From a virus: a stretch of 64,000 nucleotides of DNA. Position 1 is the stretch's first letter; each line of letters opens with the position of its first letter. The translations under genes and the position numbers were made by a program. Below, piece by piece: positions 9,902 through 19,000 of this stretch. The notes beneath the pieces were generated by a model. It was not told the DNA's origin, made no database searches, and was given only the letters and a program-made list of their open reading frames with translations. The stretch is taken from IMG/VR virus record IMGVR_UViG_3300020281_000010; one strand, written 5' to 3'.

Positions 9902-10044
9902 TTCATCATTACAACGCTGACCCCAATATCACATTCCCAATTTCTATTGGTGTGATTGTTACTATTATGGTACTATATGGTATCTACAAGGGGTTCTTCG
10001 ATAACGAGGGACTTGAGGATCCATTTGATGACCACGACCATTAA
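9898..10044 (+). CDS. psbN: PsbN-like small membrane protein (48 aa)
   Basis: Hand translation MIHHYNADPNITFPISIGVIVTIMVLYGIYKGFFDNEGLEDPFDDHDH; one TM helix followed by YxIYxxF...LEDPFDDH, resembling the PsbN C-terminus (LxDPFEEHED). Confidence 0.7.
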   Translation: MIHHYNADPNITFPISIGVIVTIMVLYGIYKGFFDNEGLEDPFDDHDH

Positions 10045-10049
10045 GAACT

Positions 10050-10310
10050 ATGATTAGAGTTACTATCGACGAAGCACAAGAAAACTTCGATTTCCTACTT
10101 AAACTTGTTGAGCGCGGTGAGAATGTTCTCATCGAAGCACCTAAAGGCAATGTTGTGATGACACAAGTTGCCCCAGGACGTAACATTGGTTCTGATGTTG
10201 ATCAACTTCTTCAGAACGAAGCACTGCCTAATTTGGATAACCTTCCTAGCGAGGCAGCACTTGGTGCACACGTCGCACAGGAAACTGCTGCTGCTCACAA
10301 AATGCTGTGA
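10050..10310 (+). CDS. Phd/YefM-like antitoxin-domain protein
   Basis: MIRVTIDEAQENFDFLLKLVERGENVLI matches the Phd/YefM N-terminal DNA-binding pattern. Confidence 0.7.
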   Translation: MIRVTIDEAQENFDFLLKLVERGENVLIEAPKGNVVMTQVAPGRNIGSDVDQLLQNEALPNLDNLPSEAALGAHVAQETAAAHKML

Positions 10311-10735
10311 TAGAAGAGTTTAAGAAACTACTATTTCATCCTTGGACGAACTTTCGTCAGGCACAAAACTCTCCTTCTCATTTCTCCCACGTTCACTATC
10401 AGTTCTGGGAAGAAGAGGGGGAGATTCATTCTGCTCAGTGGTATGACTGGAATGGAGAAATGTACCGAGAGCGTAATCATAAACTCTTGGACAAAGGTAA
10501 TCACCTTGAGTTGCAGACCTTTCGAAAGGATGGTACACAAGAACCTAGTATGATCTTTCAGAAGTCTGAAGATGGTTTTACTGGTAGAACTGAGGAAGGT
10601 GCTAAGAACAGTAAGGGTGATGATTGTTACTCTTATGTTACTATTACTGCTGACAAATTCACTAGTATTGACGAAGGTAAAACTTGGGGTAAAACCCCTG
10701 GACCATTCATATTCGAAAGGAAATATATAGATTAG
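10307..10735 (+). CDS. cpeT: CpcT/CpeT-like phycobilin lyase, paralog 1
   Basis: WTNFRQAQNSPSHFSHVHY...QWYDWNGEMYRERNHK...TSIDEGKTWGKTPGPFIFER; short phage T-type lyase pattern. Confidence 0.7.
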   Translation: MIEEFKKLLFHPWTNFRQAQNSPSHFSHVHYQFWEEEGEIHSAQWYDWNGEMYRERNHKLLDKGNHLELQTFRKDGTQEPSMIFQKSEDGFTGRTEEGAKNSKGDDCYSYVTITADKFTSIDEGKTWGKTPGPFIFERKYID

Positions 10736-10739
10736 ATCT

Positions 10740-11174
10740 ATGGAAAAGTTTCTTGATCACTTAGTCCACCACTGGCATAACATCAAGCAATGTCAATTAA
10801 ATCCAACGTCATTTGCTTACGTTCATTACGAGTGGTATTATGAGGACGATGTATTGAAGACTAAACAATGGTATGACTGGAACGGTGATGTATATCGCCA
10901 GAGAGATCATAAAGTTGTTATAGATAATGATCAGATCATCCTACAAACTTTCAAAGATGGAATCAACGTCAGTGATATGACGTTTACAGAAGTCAAAGAT
11001 TGTGTCTGGATCGGTAAATCTGAAAGGGTTGACGAACTAGGTAGGAGAGTTGAAACCAAAGCACGACTTACTAAGGACACGTGGGAAACATCCGATAAAG
11101 GATGGGACAAATCAGGAACCCTTCTATGGGGATCAGAAAAAGGACCTTTTCAGTTCGTAAAATGTACACGGTAA
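10740..11174 (+). CDS. cpeT: CpcT/CpeT-like phycobilin lyase, paralog 2
   Basis: WHNIKQCQLNPTSFAYVHY...QWYDWNGDVYRQRDHK...DKGWDKSGTLLWGSEKGPFQF. Confidence 0.75.
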   Translation: MEKFLDHLVHHWHNIKQCQLNPTSFAYVHYEWYYEDDVLKTKQWYDWNGDVYRQRDHKVVIDNDQIILQTFKDGINVSDMTFTEVKDCVWIGKSERVDELGRRVETKARLTKDTWETSDKGWDKSGTLLWGSEKGPFQFVKCTR

Positions 11175-11419
11175 ATTCAGACTACAGACTCATCGAGGGA
11201 CAGGGCATCGTTAAGATGTGGTACATCAATGGTATTCCTTTTACATTTGATGAAGTTGACAAACCAACAATCGAGTTGATTGATGCGTGTTCTGAAAAAA
11301 TGTGTTATACTATGGAGGATCTTTACAGGCATTCCCAATACCTGATTATGGAATCTTGCCACCCTATTGTCTTTGAGATGACAGATGTGGTAAAATGCGA
11401 AGAGGAATTGCCATTTTAG
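11162..11419 (+). CDS. Hypothetical protein
   Basis: Probable start at ATG 11162 (MYTVNSDYRLIEG...MWYINGIPFTFDE); 3' end overlaps the tRNA. Confidence 0.65.
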   Translation: MYTVNSDYRLIEGQGIVKMWYINGIPFTFDEVDKPTIELIDACSEKMCYTMEDLYRHSQYLIMESCHPIVFEMTDVVKCEEELPF

Positions 11420-11482
11420 CACAGCGGATAGTGCATCGCTTTTGTAAAGCGGAGGTCATCGGTTCAAATCCGATAAATGGCT
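11410..11482 (+). tRNA. trnT: tRNA-Thr(UGU), no encoded CCA
   Basis: Cloverleaf: acceptor GCCATTT/AAATGGC, D-arm GCAC/GTGC, anticodon arm TCGCT-TTTGTAA-AGCGG, T-arm ATCGG-TTCAAAT-CCGAT. Confidence 0.93.
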
Positions 11483-11498
11483 CTCATAAATTCTTATT

Positions 11499-11699
11499 AT
11501 GACACACTACAAACCTTACTCACCAGAATGGAACAGGAGACGCTATCTACAAGAAGCGTTGAACTCCTATATTGACGATAACGTTGATAATGAGGACATC
11601 TTGTCAGACATTATTGGTATCCTCTCTGATCGATCAGAGTCAGCATATGCTGAATTCACCAAGATCGATGCACTGAAGGAAATACTTAGTTCTAAATAA
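11499..11699 (+). CDS. Hypothetical protein
   Basis: ORF track; 66 aa. Confidence 0.6.
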   Translation: MTHYKPYSPEWNRRRYLQEALNSYIDDNVDNEDILSDIIGILSDRSESAYAEFTKIDALKEILSSK

Positions 11700-11717
11700 A
11701 CAAAACACTCGTAGACT

Positions 11718-12029
11718 ATGCTCTCAACCGCCTATCGCCTTCGATTGGAAGGGATTTGTTCGAAAATTTCTAAAGGTCAAGACGTGTCGCTAGACGATAT
11801 GATCTGGGCAGAGAAACTTGCAAAGAGGTTTACAACTGCTCGTGAATGGTTACGTCAAGCACGAAGAGCATCCAAGGGTATTGAGGAAGGCAGTACAGAT
11901 GATTTTCTGAATAGGATGGGACTAGGTGAACCCGACCCATCCGATCATAGAACAGGGTTCGGCACTGCGGATGACATCAATGATTGGTTCACCCGCGATA
12001 AACCAGACGATTGGAGACAACGTGACTAA
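11718..12029 (+). CDS. Hypothetical protein
   Basis: ORF track; TAAATA at 11693-11698 upstream. Confidence 0.65.
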   Translation: MLSTAYRLRLEGICSKISKGQDVSLDDMIWAEKLAKRFTTAREWLRQARRASKGIEEGSTDDFLNRMGLGEPDPSDHRTGFGTADDINDWFTRDKPDDWRQRD

Positions 12030-12252
12030 ACCAACTGAAAATTACGACCAACTTATCGCACGTTTTAATAAGCGTACAGAACAACTCACTGCTAGAAAGG
12101 ATGAGTTGCAAGGATGGTATGAAGAATACGTCAAGATCGAGAAAGATCTGGACAGATTGAAAGGTTCTCTTCAAGCAATCGAATACGTTGCCTTTGGTAA
12201 AATGCCTGGGGACGGTAACCACGACAAGTTCAAAGACCACAAACCTCAGTGA
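12022..12252 (+). CDS. Small coiled-coil protein
   Basis: Probable GTG start at 12022 within track ORF 11926-12252; heptad pattern. Confidence 0.55.
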   Translation: MTKPTENYDQLIARFNKRTEQLTARKDELQGWYEEYVKIEKDLDRLKGSLQAIEYVAFGKMPGDGNHDKFKDHKPQ

Positions 12253-12494
12253 CAGAATATGAAAAGAGAGCAGCGGATCCTTGTTGGCAACACAAACAAA
12301 AATGTGTCGCAATGTTCACCCTCGATTCACACAACACTTCTTACCTATATCGACGAGAAGATCGCACATATTACTGGCAACATTGTCGAAAAGATGAAGA
12401 AGACAGATTTGTAGACGTAGATAATTTACAGTTAGAACTGTTAGGTGATCCAGTATTGTCAAAAGAGTTTATTATGAAGTCTTTGTATGGGTAA
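12249..12494 (+). CDS. Hypothetical protein
   Basis: ORF track; GTGA overlap with the upstream stop. Confidence 0.6.
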   Translation: MTEYEKRAADPCWQHKQKCVAMFTLDSHNTSYLYRREDRTYYWQHCRKDEEDRFVDVDNLQLELLGDPVLSKEFIMKSLYG

Positions 12495-12518
12495 ATAGTA
12501 GTACCAAAAGGACGAGAA

Positions 12519-12758
12519 ATGATCCATCCACAAGCAGTTTTGTATAGCAATGGTTCACAAGAGAGCGAGAGAGCAGAACAGTTCCTCAAATCTCAAAATT
12601 TCGAGTTTACAACATATAAATTAGATCATCACTTTACACAGAGAGCATTTGAGCAAGAATTTGGAGAGGATGCTACATATCCACAGATTTCTATCGGATC
12701 CAAGCATATTGGTAGTCTGAAAGAGACGCTTCAAGACCTCTATCTCCAACGTGTATAA
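12519..12758 (+). CDS. Glutaredoxin-fold protein lacking CxxC
   Basis: VLYS...TYPQISIGSKHIG Grx motif; SQES occupies the usual CxxC position. Confidence 0.7.
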   Translation: MIHPQAVLYSNGSQESERAEQFLKSQNFEFTTYKLDHHFTQRAFEQEFGEDATYPQISIGSKHIGSLKETLQDLYLQRV

Positions 12759-12761
12759 ATA
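12756..12761 (+). promoter_or_regulatory. T4-type late promoter
   Basis: TATAAATA overlapping the grx stop, upstream of the structural gene at 12790. Confidence 0.7.
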
Positions 12762-12789
12762 AGATTGTATAAAATAGCGCCTGAGTTAA

Positions 12790-14115
12790 GTGGGAACAAA
12801 AAGAATTTCACAATTAGAAACTCTGGCAGATGCTGTCTTAACGGGTGAGGCAATCCTCCCCGTCGTGATTTCTGACCCGCTGATTCCGAATAGAAAAGCG
12901 AAAATCAATCAACTTTTCAAAGGTGTATCGGCAGGAAGTCAGTCCCAACCTGGACTTGCGTTCGATTTGGACAGGGATACAGGACTATACCAGAATGCAT
13001 ATAATGAGATAGGTATTGCTTTTGGTACATCGAGTATGTACTACAGGAAGCAACCTAACGCTGACGGTTCTGCTACGATCCGAATGATTGCGGGGGACAC
13101 TACAAGTGCCAACGTTAATATCGATATGCGTCCACAGGGATCTGGTAGATTCTTGGTGAATGGACCTGCTGAGTTCCAAGATGTCAACCTGCTCATTGCA
13201 GATGACCAGAACCCAGACAAGAAAGCAAAGTTTGAGATCTCTGGTGTTTCTACTGGTGCAGGTATTCGTACGTTTGCACTTCCTAGCACAGGTAATTTTA
13301 CATCAACAACTCTTCTTGGTAATGATACTGCTCAAACGATCAGTAACAAAACCATTATCATCAAGGATGGTGACTTAAGAGTTACTGGTTCATCTGACAC
13401 TGCTAAGATTGCACTCTTTGAGTGTGACTCTTGGGAGGCTCCAGGAACACATATTTACAGACTACCTGATTATGGTACAGGTGTTGCACAGTCAACACTA
13501 CTTGACACTATAACTGAACAAAACGTCAGTAACAAAAACTTTATCAACCCCTCAATTAGTAATATTGAGTCTGGTGATCCTAACAACCCGACACCTAAAG
13601 TTACTTTCCAATCTGGTGATGTAACTTCTGATCGTATTGTTACTTTCCCTGACCAGTCACTTACAGTTGCAGGTACTGAATCAACACAGGTATTTAAGAA
13701 CAAAGAGTATGCTGATCCTAGATTTGCAGACGGAACTGACGTTACCAAGCGTATCCAGTTCGATTTGTCTGAGATCTCTGGAACTACACTCTTACGTTAT
13801 GCATTCCCACATAACAACTTAAACGTTCCTATCTCCGAGAACAATATTGTTCTTACTGCTAAAGCACAGCAGGTTATGGAGAATAAATCTGCGATTGGTT
13901 TCCAATTAATCAGTGCAGATAACGATCAGAACAAGATCAATTTCCTCCTAGATAATGTAGAGGGTACACGTTCTATCAGATTCCCGAATGCTGATGCAAC
14001 GTTACTTTCAACCGAAAACGTTACAACACTTGGTGTTAGTTTCGGTGGTTCAATTTCTGCTCCCGATCTCGGTGGTAGACTAAGATTACAACAACACTTT
14101 TTCTCTGGTTTCTAA
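12790..14115 (+). CDS. Virion structural/fibre protein with about five internal ~50-aa repeats
   Basis: Repeated D...K..F......R...LP/FP......T....Q...NK units (e.g. PDKKAKF..IRTFALPS..QTISNK; TPKVTF..RIVTFPD..QVFKNK). Confidence 0.7.
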   Translation: MGTKRISQLETLADAVLTGEAILPVVISDPLIPNRKAKINQLFKGVSAGSQSQPGLAFDLDRDTGLYQNAYNEIGIAFGTSSMYYRKQPNADGSATIRMIAGDTTSANVNIDMRPQGSGRFLVNGPAEFQDVNLLIADDQNPDKKAKFEISGVSTGAGIRTFALPSTGNFTSTTLLGNDTAQTISNKTIIIKDGDLRVTGSSDTAKIALFECDSWEAPGTHIYRLPDYGTGVAQSTLLDTITEQNVSNKNFINPSISNIESGDPNNPTPKVTFQSGDVTSDRIVTFPDQSLTVAGTESTQVFKNKEYADPRFADGTDVTKRIQFDLSEISGTTLLRYAFPHNNLNVPISENNIVLTAKAQQVMENKSAIGFQLISADNDQNKINFLLDNVEGTRSIRFPNADATLLSTENVTTLGVSFGGSISAPDLGGRLRLQQHFFSGF

Positions 14116-14118
14116 ACA

Positions 14119-16038
14119 ATGACGGCAGGTAGACTCGCTGCATCCGCCCCTGCAGCAACAACAAATACTGTGCTGTACTCGTCAAACGTCACGACTACAG
14201 CATCGACAATTCTTCTAGCAGCAGAGAGAGGTGGTTCTGCTGCAACATATCGTGTTGGTCTCAAAGACTATACACAGAAACTGACTTTGGATGCCAGTAG
14301 TTACAAGTTCAATAGAGGTAACCCAGTTTCAACATATAAAGTTGAGATTGCACCTGGGATCTCTAGATCAGACGCAACCCCTGGTTTGACTATCAACTCA
14401 GGAGATTTTGCTAAGTCAGCAAACGTTTTGGACGTGGTTGTTGATACCAGTACAATTACAAACTATGTGAAGGTTAAGACATATACTTCTATTGGTATTG
14501 ATTCGAACGCTATCTCAGGAACATTTCAGGGCGGTGAAACTGTAACTGGTGGTACTTCAGGTGTAACTGCAACATTCCGTGGTATCGGGACCACGATGGA
14601 AATTGAGATCGCAGACATCGCTTCAGGTGACACTACACTGAAAGTATCTGATGGTACAGCATCTGTTGGTTCTTCATATTTCGTGCTATCTGATGGAGTT
14701 AACGGATATACTCCTGAGATTATTCTTGTTGGTACTCCTACTTTCTACAGTGGTACAACTGGTGGTGCTAACGTAACTGTCACAAGAGGACGGTTCGGTA
14801 CTTCTGCTGCTGCACATAGATCAGGACAGATGGTTTCCTTCTATCAGGATGCAGGTACAACTACCACTATCAACGAAGGTGCACAGTTTGCAGTAGCGGA
14901 CACTACACTGACTGTTTCTGACGCTACTGTGGTTGTTTCTGGTCAATACATTCGTGTTGACAACGAGATTATGCTTGTTACTGGTGTTACTGGTAACGAT
15001 CTCTCAGTTACTAGAGGTCAGTGGGGTACTACAGATGCTAACCACGCTGATGGTGCAACTGTAACTCCTATGTCACAAGGTTCTCAGGCAATGATCAACT
15101 GGTTTGATGCTGCTGAGACTCTTACAGGTGGTACTACAAACGCTACTGTGGACACTCAGTTCACTGCAACTTCAAGTGCTATCTACACAACAGGATTTGT
15201 TTGGGGTACTACTGCAGGTCAAGAAGTTGTTCCTACTTCATTCACTATGGATGTGGAAAGAACATACAGATTTGATCAGTCAGACTCATCAAACACTTCA
15301 CTTCCTCTTAGATTCTCTGATACACAAGAGGGTACAGGAGCAACTCCAGTTGCAGGTACAGAATATACAACTGGTGTAACGAAGTCTGGTACTGCAGGCA
15401 CAGACGGAATCATTGATATTGTTCCTACTTCACAGTCACCAAACCCATTGTACTACTATGCTGAGGGTACTCCTTCAACTGCAGGTAGTACAGTTTACTC
15501 TGCTAGTTTGACTGTTGTTCAAGATCCACAATACACAGAGATTCTTCTCTATGACGTGAAAGGAACTTGGATTACTGGTGATACATTCTTGGTTGGTACT
15601 TCAACAATTACTGTTGGTACTGTAACTGGTGGTAAGTATGGTTGGGTTGCAGATTGGACTGCCCCAGTGCTTTCAGTCACTCTTGGACCAGGGTCTGCTG
15701 CCTTCGCTGCTTCAGATACATTTGTGGATACACCACCTGAACAAGGTGCTGATAGATCAACTGTTACGGTCAACTCAGTTACACAACCTGCTGACCTTGA
15801 GACTGCAGACTACATTATGTACGATTATGCTATCGCTGCAAACGGTGCTAACAAACACAGTGGTATCGTTGTTGGACCTAACTCACACATTGTGGTTTAT
15901 GCTTCAAGTGCGGATTTAACATTCCAAGTGAACGGATTCGAGAACGAGGTTTCACCTCCCGACTACGCTCCTGATCAGTATAACCAAGCTGCTGCAGGTG
16001 GTGGTGGCGCAGGCGGTGGAGGCGGTGCTGCTCCCTAA
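14119..16038 (+). CDS. Virion structural protein (Thr/Gly-rich)
   Basis: Duplicated VTRG..GT....H..G..V motif; TYRFDQSDSSN..PLRFS..LYYY domain; follows a late promoter. Confidence 0.7.
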   Translation: MTAGRLAASAPAATTNTVLYSSNVTTTASTILLAAERGGSAATYRVGLKDYTQKLTLDASSYKFNRGNPVSTYKVEIAPGISRSDATPGLTINSGDFAKSANVLDVVVDTSTITNYVKVKTYTSIGIDSNAISGTFQGGETVTGGTSGVTATFRGIGTTMEIEIADIASGDTTLKVSDGTASVGSSYFVLSDGVNGYTPEIILVGTPTFYSGTTGGANVTVTRGRFGTSAAAHRSGQMVSFYQDAGTTTTINEGAQFAVADTTLTVSDATVVVSGQYIRVDNEIMLVTGVTGNDLSVTRGQWGTTDANHADGATVTPMSQGSQAMINWFDAAETLTGGTTNATVDTQFTATSSAIYTTGFVWGTTAGQEVVPTSFTMDVERTYRFDQSDSSNTSLPLRFSDTQEGTGATPVAGTEYTTGVTKSGTAGTDGIIDIVPTSQSPNPLYYYAEGTPSTAGSTVYSASLTVVQDPQYTEILLYDVKGTWITGDTFLVGTSTITVGTVTGGKYGWVADWTAPVLSVTLGPGSAAFAASDTFVDTPPEQGADRSTVTVNSVTQPADLETADYIMYDYAIAANGANKHSGIVVGPNSHIVVYASSADLTFQVNGFENEVSPPDYAPDQYNQAAAGGGGAGGGGGAAP

Positions 16039-16051
16039 TCCCAACCCCTAA

Positions 16052-16057
16052 TAAATA
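16052..16057 (+). promoter_or_regulatory. T4-type late promoter
   Basis: Intergenic TAAATA 28 nt upstream of ATG 16085. Confidence 0.7.
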
Positions 16058-16084
16058 ACCATATAGACAGGATTCCTATAGAAG

Positions 16085-19000
16085 ATGGCACTAACACGTC
16101 TTAAAAATATCATCACGTCGAGGACTGGTCGTATTATTTACGTCAACCCCGACGACTTTGATGCATCGGATGCTTACGACAACCGAGGTAACTCCGCTCT
16201 GCGTCCTTTTAAGACGTTGCAACGTGCCTTCCTTGAAGTATCAAGATTTTCATATAGAGTCGGTCTTAGTAATGACGAATTTGACGCATTCAGTATATAC
16301 CTATATCCTTCAGAGTACGTTCTAGATAACAGACCAGGGACAAGTAACTTTAACGAAATTACACCATTTGACGAAAATACAAACTTTGATCTAACTTCAC
16401 CTAACAATATCCTCTACAAATTTAACTCTGTGAACGGTGGAATCATCGTACCCAGAGGTTGTTCTGTTGTTGGATCTGACCTTAGAAGAACTAAGATCAT
16501 TCCTAAGTATGTTCCATATCCTACTATCAACGCATCACTTGGTATCACAGGTGCAAACGAACCTGCAGCGTCAGCAATCTTCAGACTGACTGGTGGTACT
16601 TATTTCTGGCAGATGTCCTTCTTCGACGGGGACAATAACGGGGTATATTATAGAGGAGATGTTGCAGATACTATTGCTCCTAACTTCTCACACCACAAGA
16701 TTACTTGTTTCGAGTACGCTACAACAACTGACCTAGATCTTTACTACCAGAAAATCTCGAAAGCGTATGCTACAATTCCTGATACCTCTGGAACTATCGC
16801 ACAAGACCAGTTGCAGGCAAGGGTCGAAGAAAACAGAATCGTTGGTCCGATTTCCGACGAATTCCGAGTCTCTCAAATTATTCGTAATGGTCAAACAGCA
16901 ACAGCATTTACAGTCGATATTCAGGATAACCCTGTCAATCACGGTTTCTCTGTTGGTGTCGCTGTTAATATCTCAGGGGTTACTGGACCAACTGAGGCAG
17001 ACGCCAACCTATACAACGGATCATTCCTCGTAACGTCAGCACAGGGTAACCAGTTTACCTATCAGATGTCAGCAGAACCGTCAGGTAATGCTATTGGTTC
17101 TAACGTACTGGTTAAAGTTGAGATTGATACTGTTGACTCAGCGTCACCATATGTGTTCAACTGCTCTCTCCGCTCAGTGTGGGGTATCTGTGGTATGCAC
17201 GCAGATGGTTCGAAGGCAACTGGTTTCAAATCAATGGTTGTGGCACAGTTCACGGGAATCTCTCTACAAAAAGATGACCGAGCATTTGTGCTGTATAACC
17301 CATCAACAGGTAACTATGAAGCACAAGCATCTGGATCTGGTGCACATATTAACGGTCTTTGTAAGTATCGTAAGGGATGGCGTCACGTCCACATTAAGGC
17401 ATCCAATGATTCATTCATTCAGGTTGTGTCTGTGTTCGCTGTGGGATTTGGTGATCATTTCTTCTCTGACAGTGGTGGTGACCTTTCTATTACCAACAGT
17501 AATAGTAACTTCGGAAATACGTCTCTTAGATCTAAAGGATTTAAGTCTGCAGCATTTACAAAAGATAAGGCAGGACAGATAACACACGTTATCCCACCAA
17601 AAGATATTTCTGACGTACCTGAGATCTCTATCAACTGGGTTACGTTTGATATTAACAAGATTCGTGCTGCAGCAGACCCAACTAAGTTATATCTCTACGG
17701 TTATACAAACGAGAATGCCAAACCACCCTCTAAGATTCAGGGTTATACCATTGGTGCTCGTAGAGATTCTCCCACATTGCCTGACAAGATCAATGTGTTG
17801 TTGATCGCATCTGGTGCAAACGCTCCTACAACACACACAGCAAAGATTGATCCTTCAGGACAAGATGTTACTGGTACATCCCCAGGTGATGACAACTCAC
17901 CTATCAAGTATGATGCCAACCAATCTAACTGGTATCTGCAGGTTGATTCTAACCAGAATGACATCTATACAACTCTAATTGCTAACAGTCAGTATCAAAA
18001 TCTTGGATTCACACCCACATCATTCATCCGAAGAGTTCCCGACGCAAGAGACCTTAAGGATAGAATCTACAGATTTAGATATGTATTGGACAAGGATGCG
18101 TTCCCGATTCCTAGACAACCCATTACTGGTTTCGTGGTACAACCTAGATCTTCAGAGACTAACTCACCTGCATACGACAAGACATATTACATCTATGAAG
18201 TAGAAACATATCAGGAGTTTGAACGTGGTGTTGCAGACGGTATTTACTATCTGACATTCTTGAATGCATCAGTTGCACCTTCAACTTCAAACTTTGATGA
18301 CTTCGCATTCTCACAGCAGACAGTTGATCTATACCCTGCATTTGACAGAGACAACCCAGTAGCAGACCCAGGTCCTGCTGTATCAGTCGCTGACAATGAT
18401 GTGCTTGGTGTTGTTACAACAACTGATGGTGCTACACCTACACCAAATGAAGATACTAAACTCTCTATCACTAAAGAGACAACTCAGTTCTTCTTACTTG
18501 AACAGGAAAACAACTTAGGATATAACACAACATCTAATACACTGAATAGTATTGTTGTTACTGCACGTCTTGGTGATGAAGAAGAGAGAAAGATTCCTCT
18601 GAAGTTGAACGCTGATAACTCTGTTGCTCCTATTCTATGTGAACTACGAAGATACTCCATTCTTAGAGCATCTGGACATACGTTCGAATATCTTGGATTC
18701 GGGCCAGGTAACTACTCAACTGCATTCCCATCTACACAGGTGGAAGTTCTAACACCTGCACAGGTCAGACTGTCACAGTCCCTGAAGGAAGCAGCAGGTG
18801 TGGCATATTATTCAGGTGTTAACTCTGACGGTGAACTATTCGTTGGTAACCAAGTTATTAACCCAGTTACAGGTCAGATCACTAACGAAGATATTGCACA
18901 GTTGAACGTTTTGGGTGAAGAAGGTACAACTATTGAGACCTTCTCTGAGATCGTTCTTACTGACAAACTAACTGTTATCGGTGGTGCATCTAACCAGTTG

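Noticed and set aside
10050-10735. Complete toxin-antitoxin pair
   Set aside because: The gene downstream of the Phd-like ORF is CpeT-like, not a toxin.
11102-12029. Long 5' extensions of track ORFs 11102-11419 and 11926-12252
   Set aside because: The extensions overlap upstream genes; coupled internal starts (11162, 12022) are more plausible.
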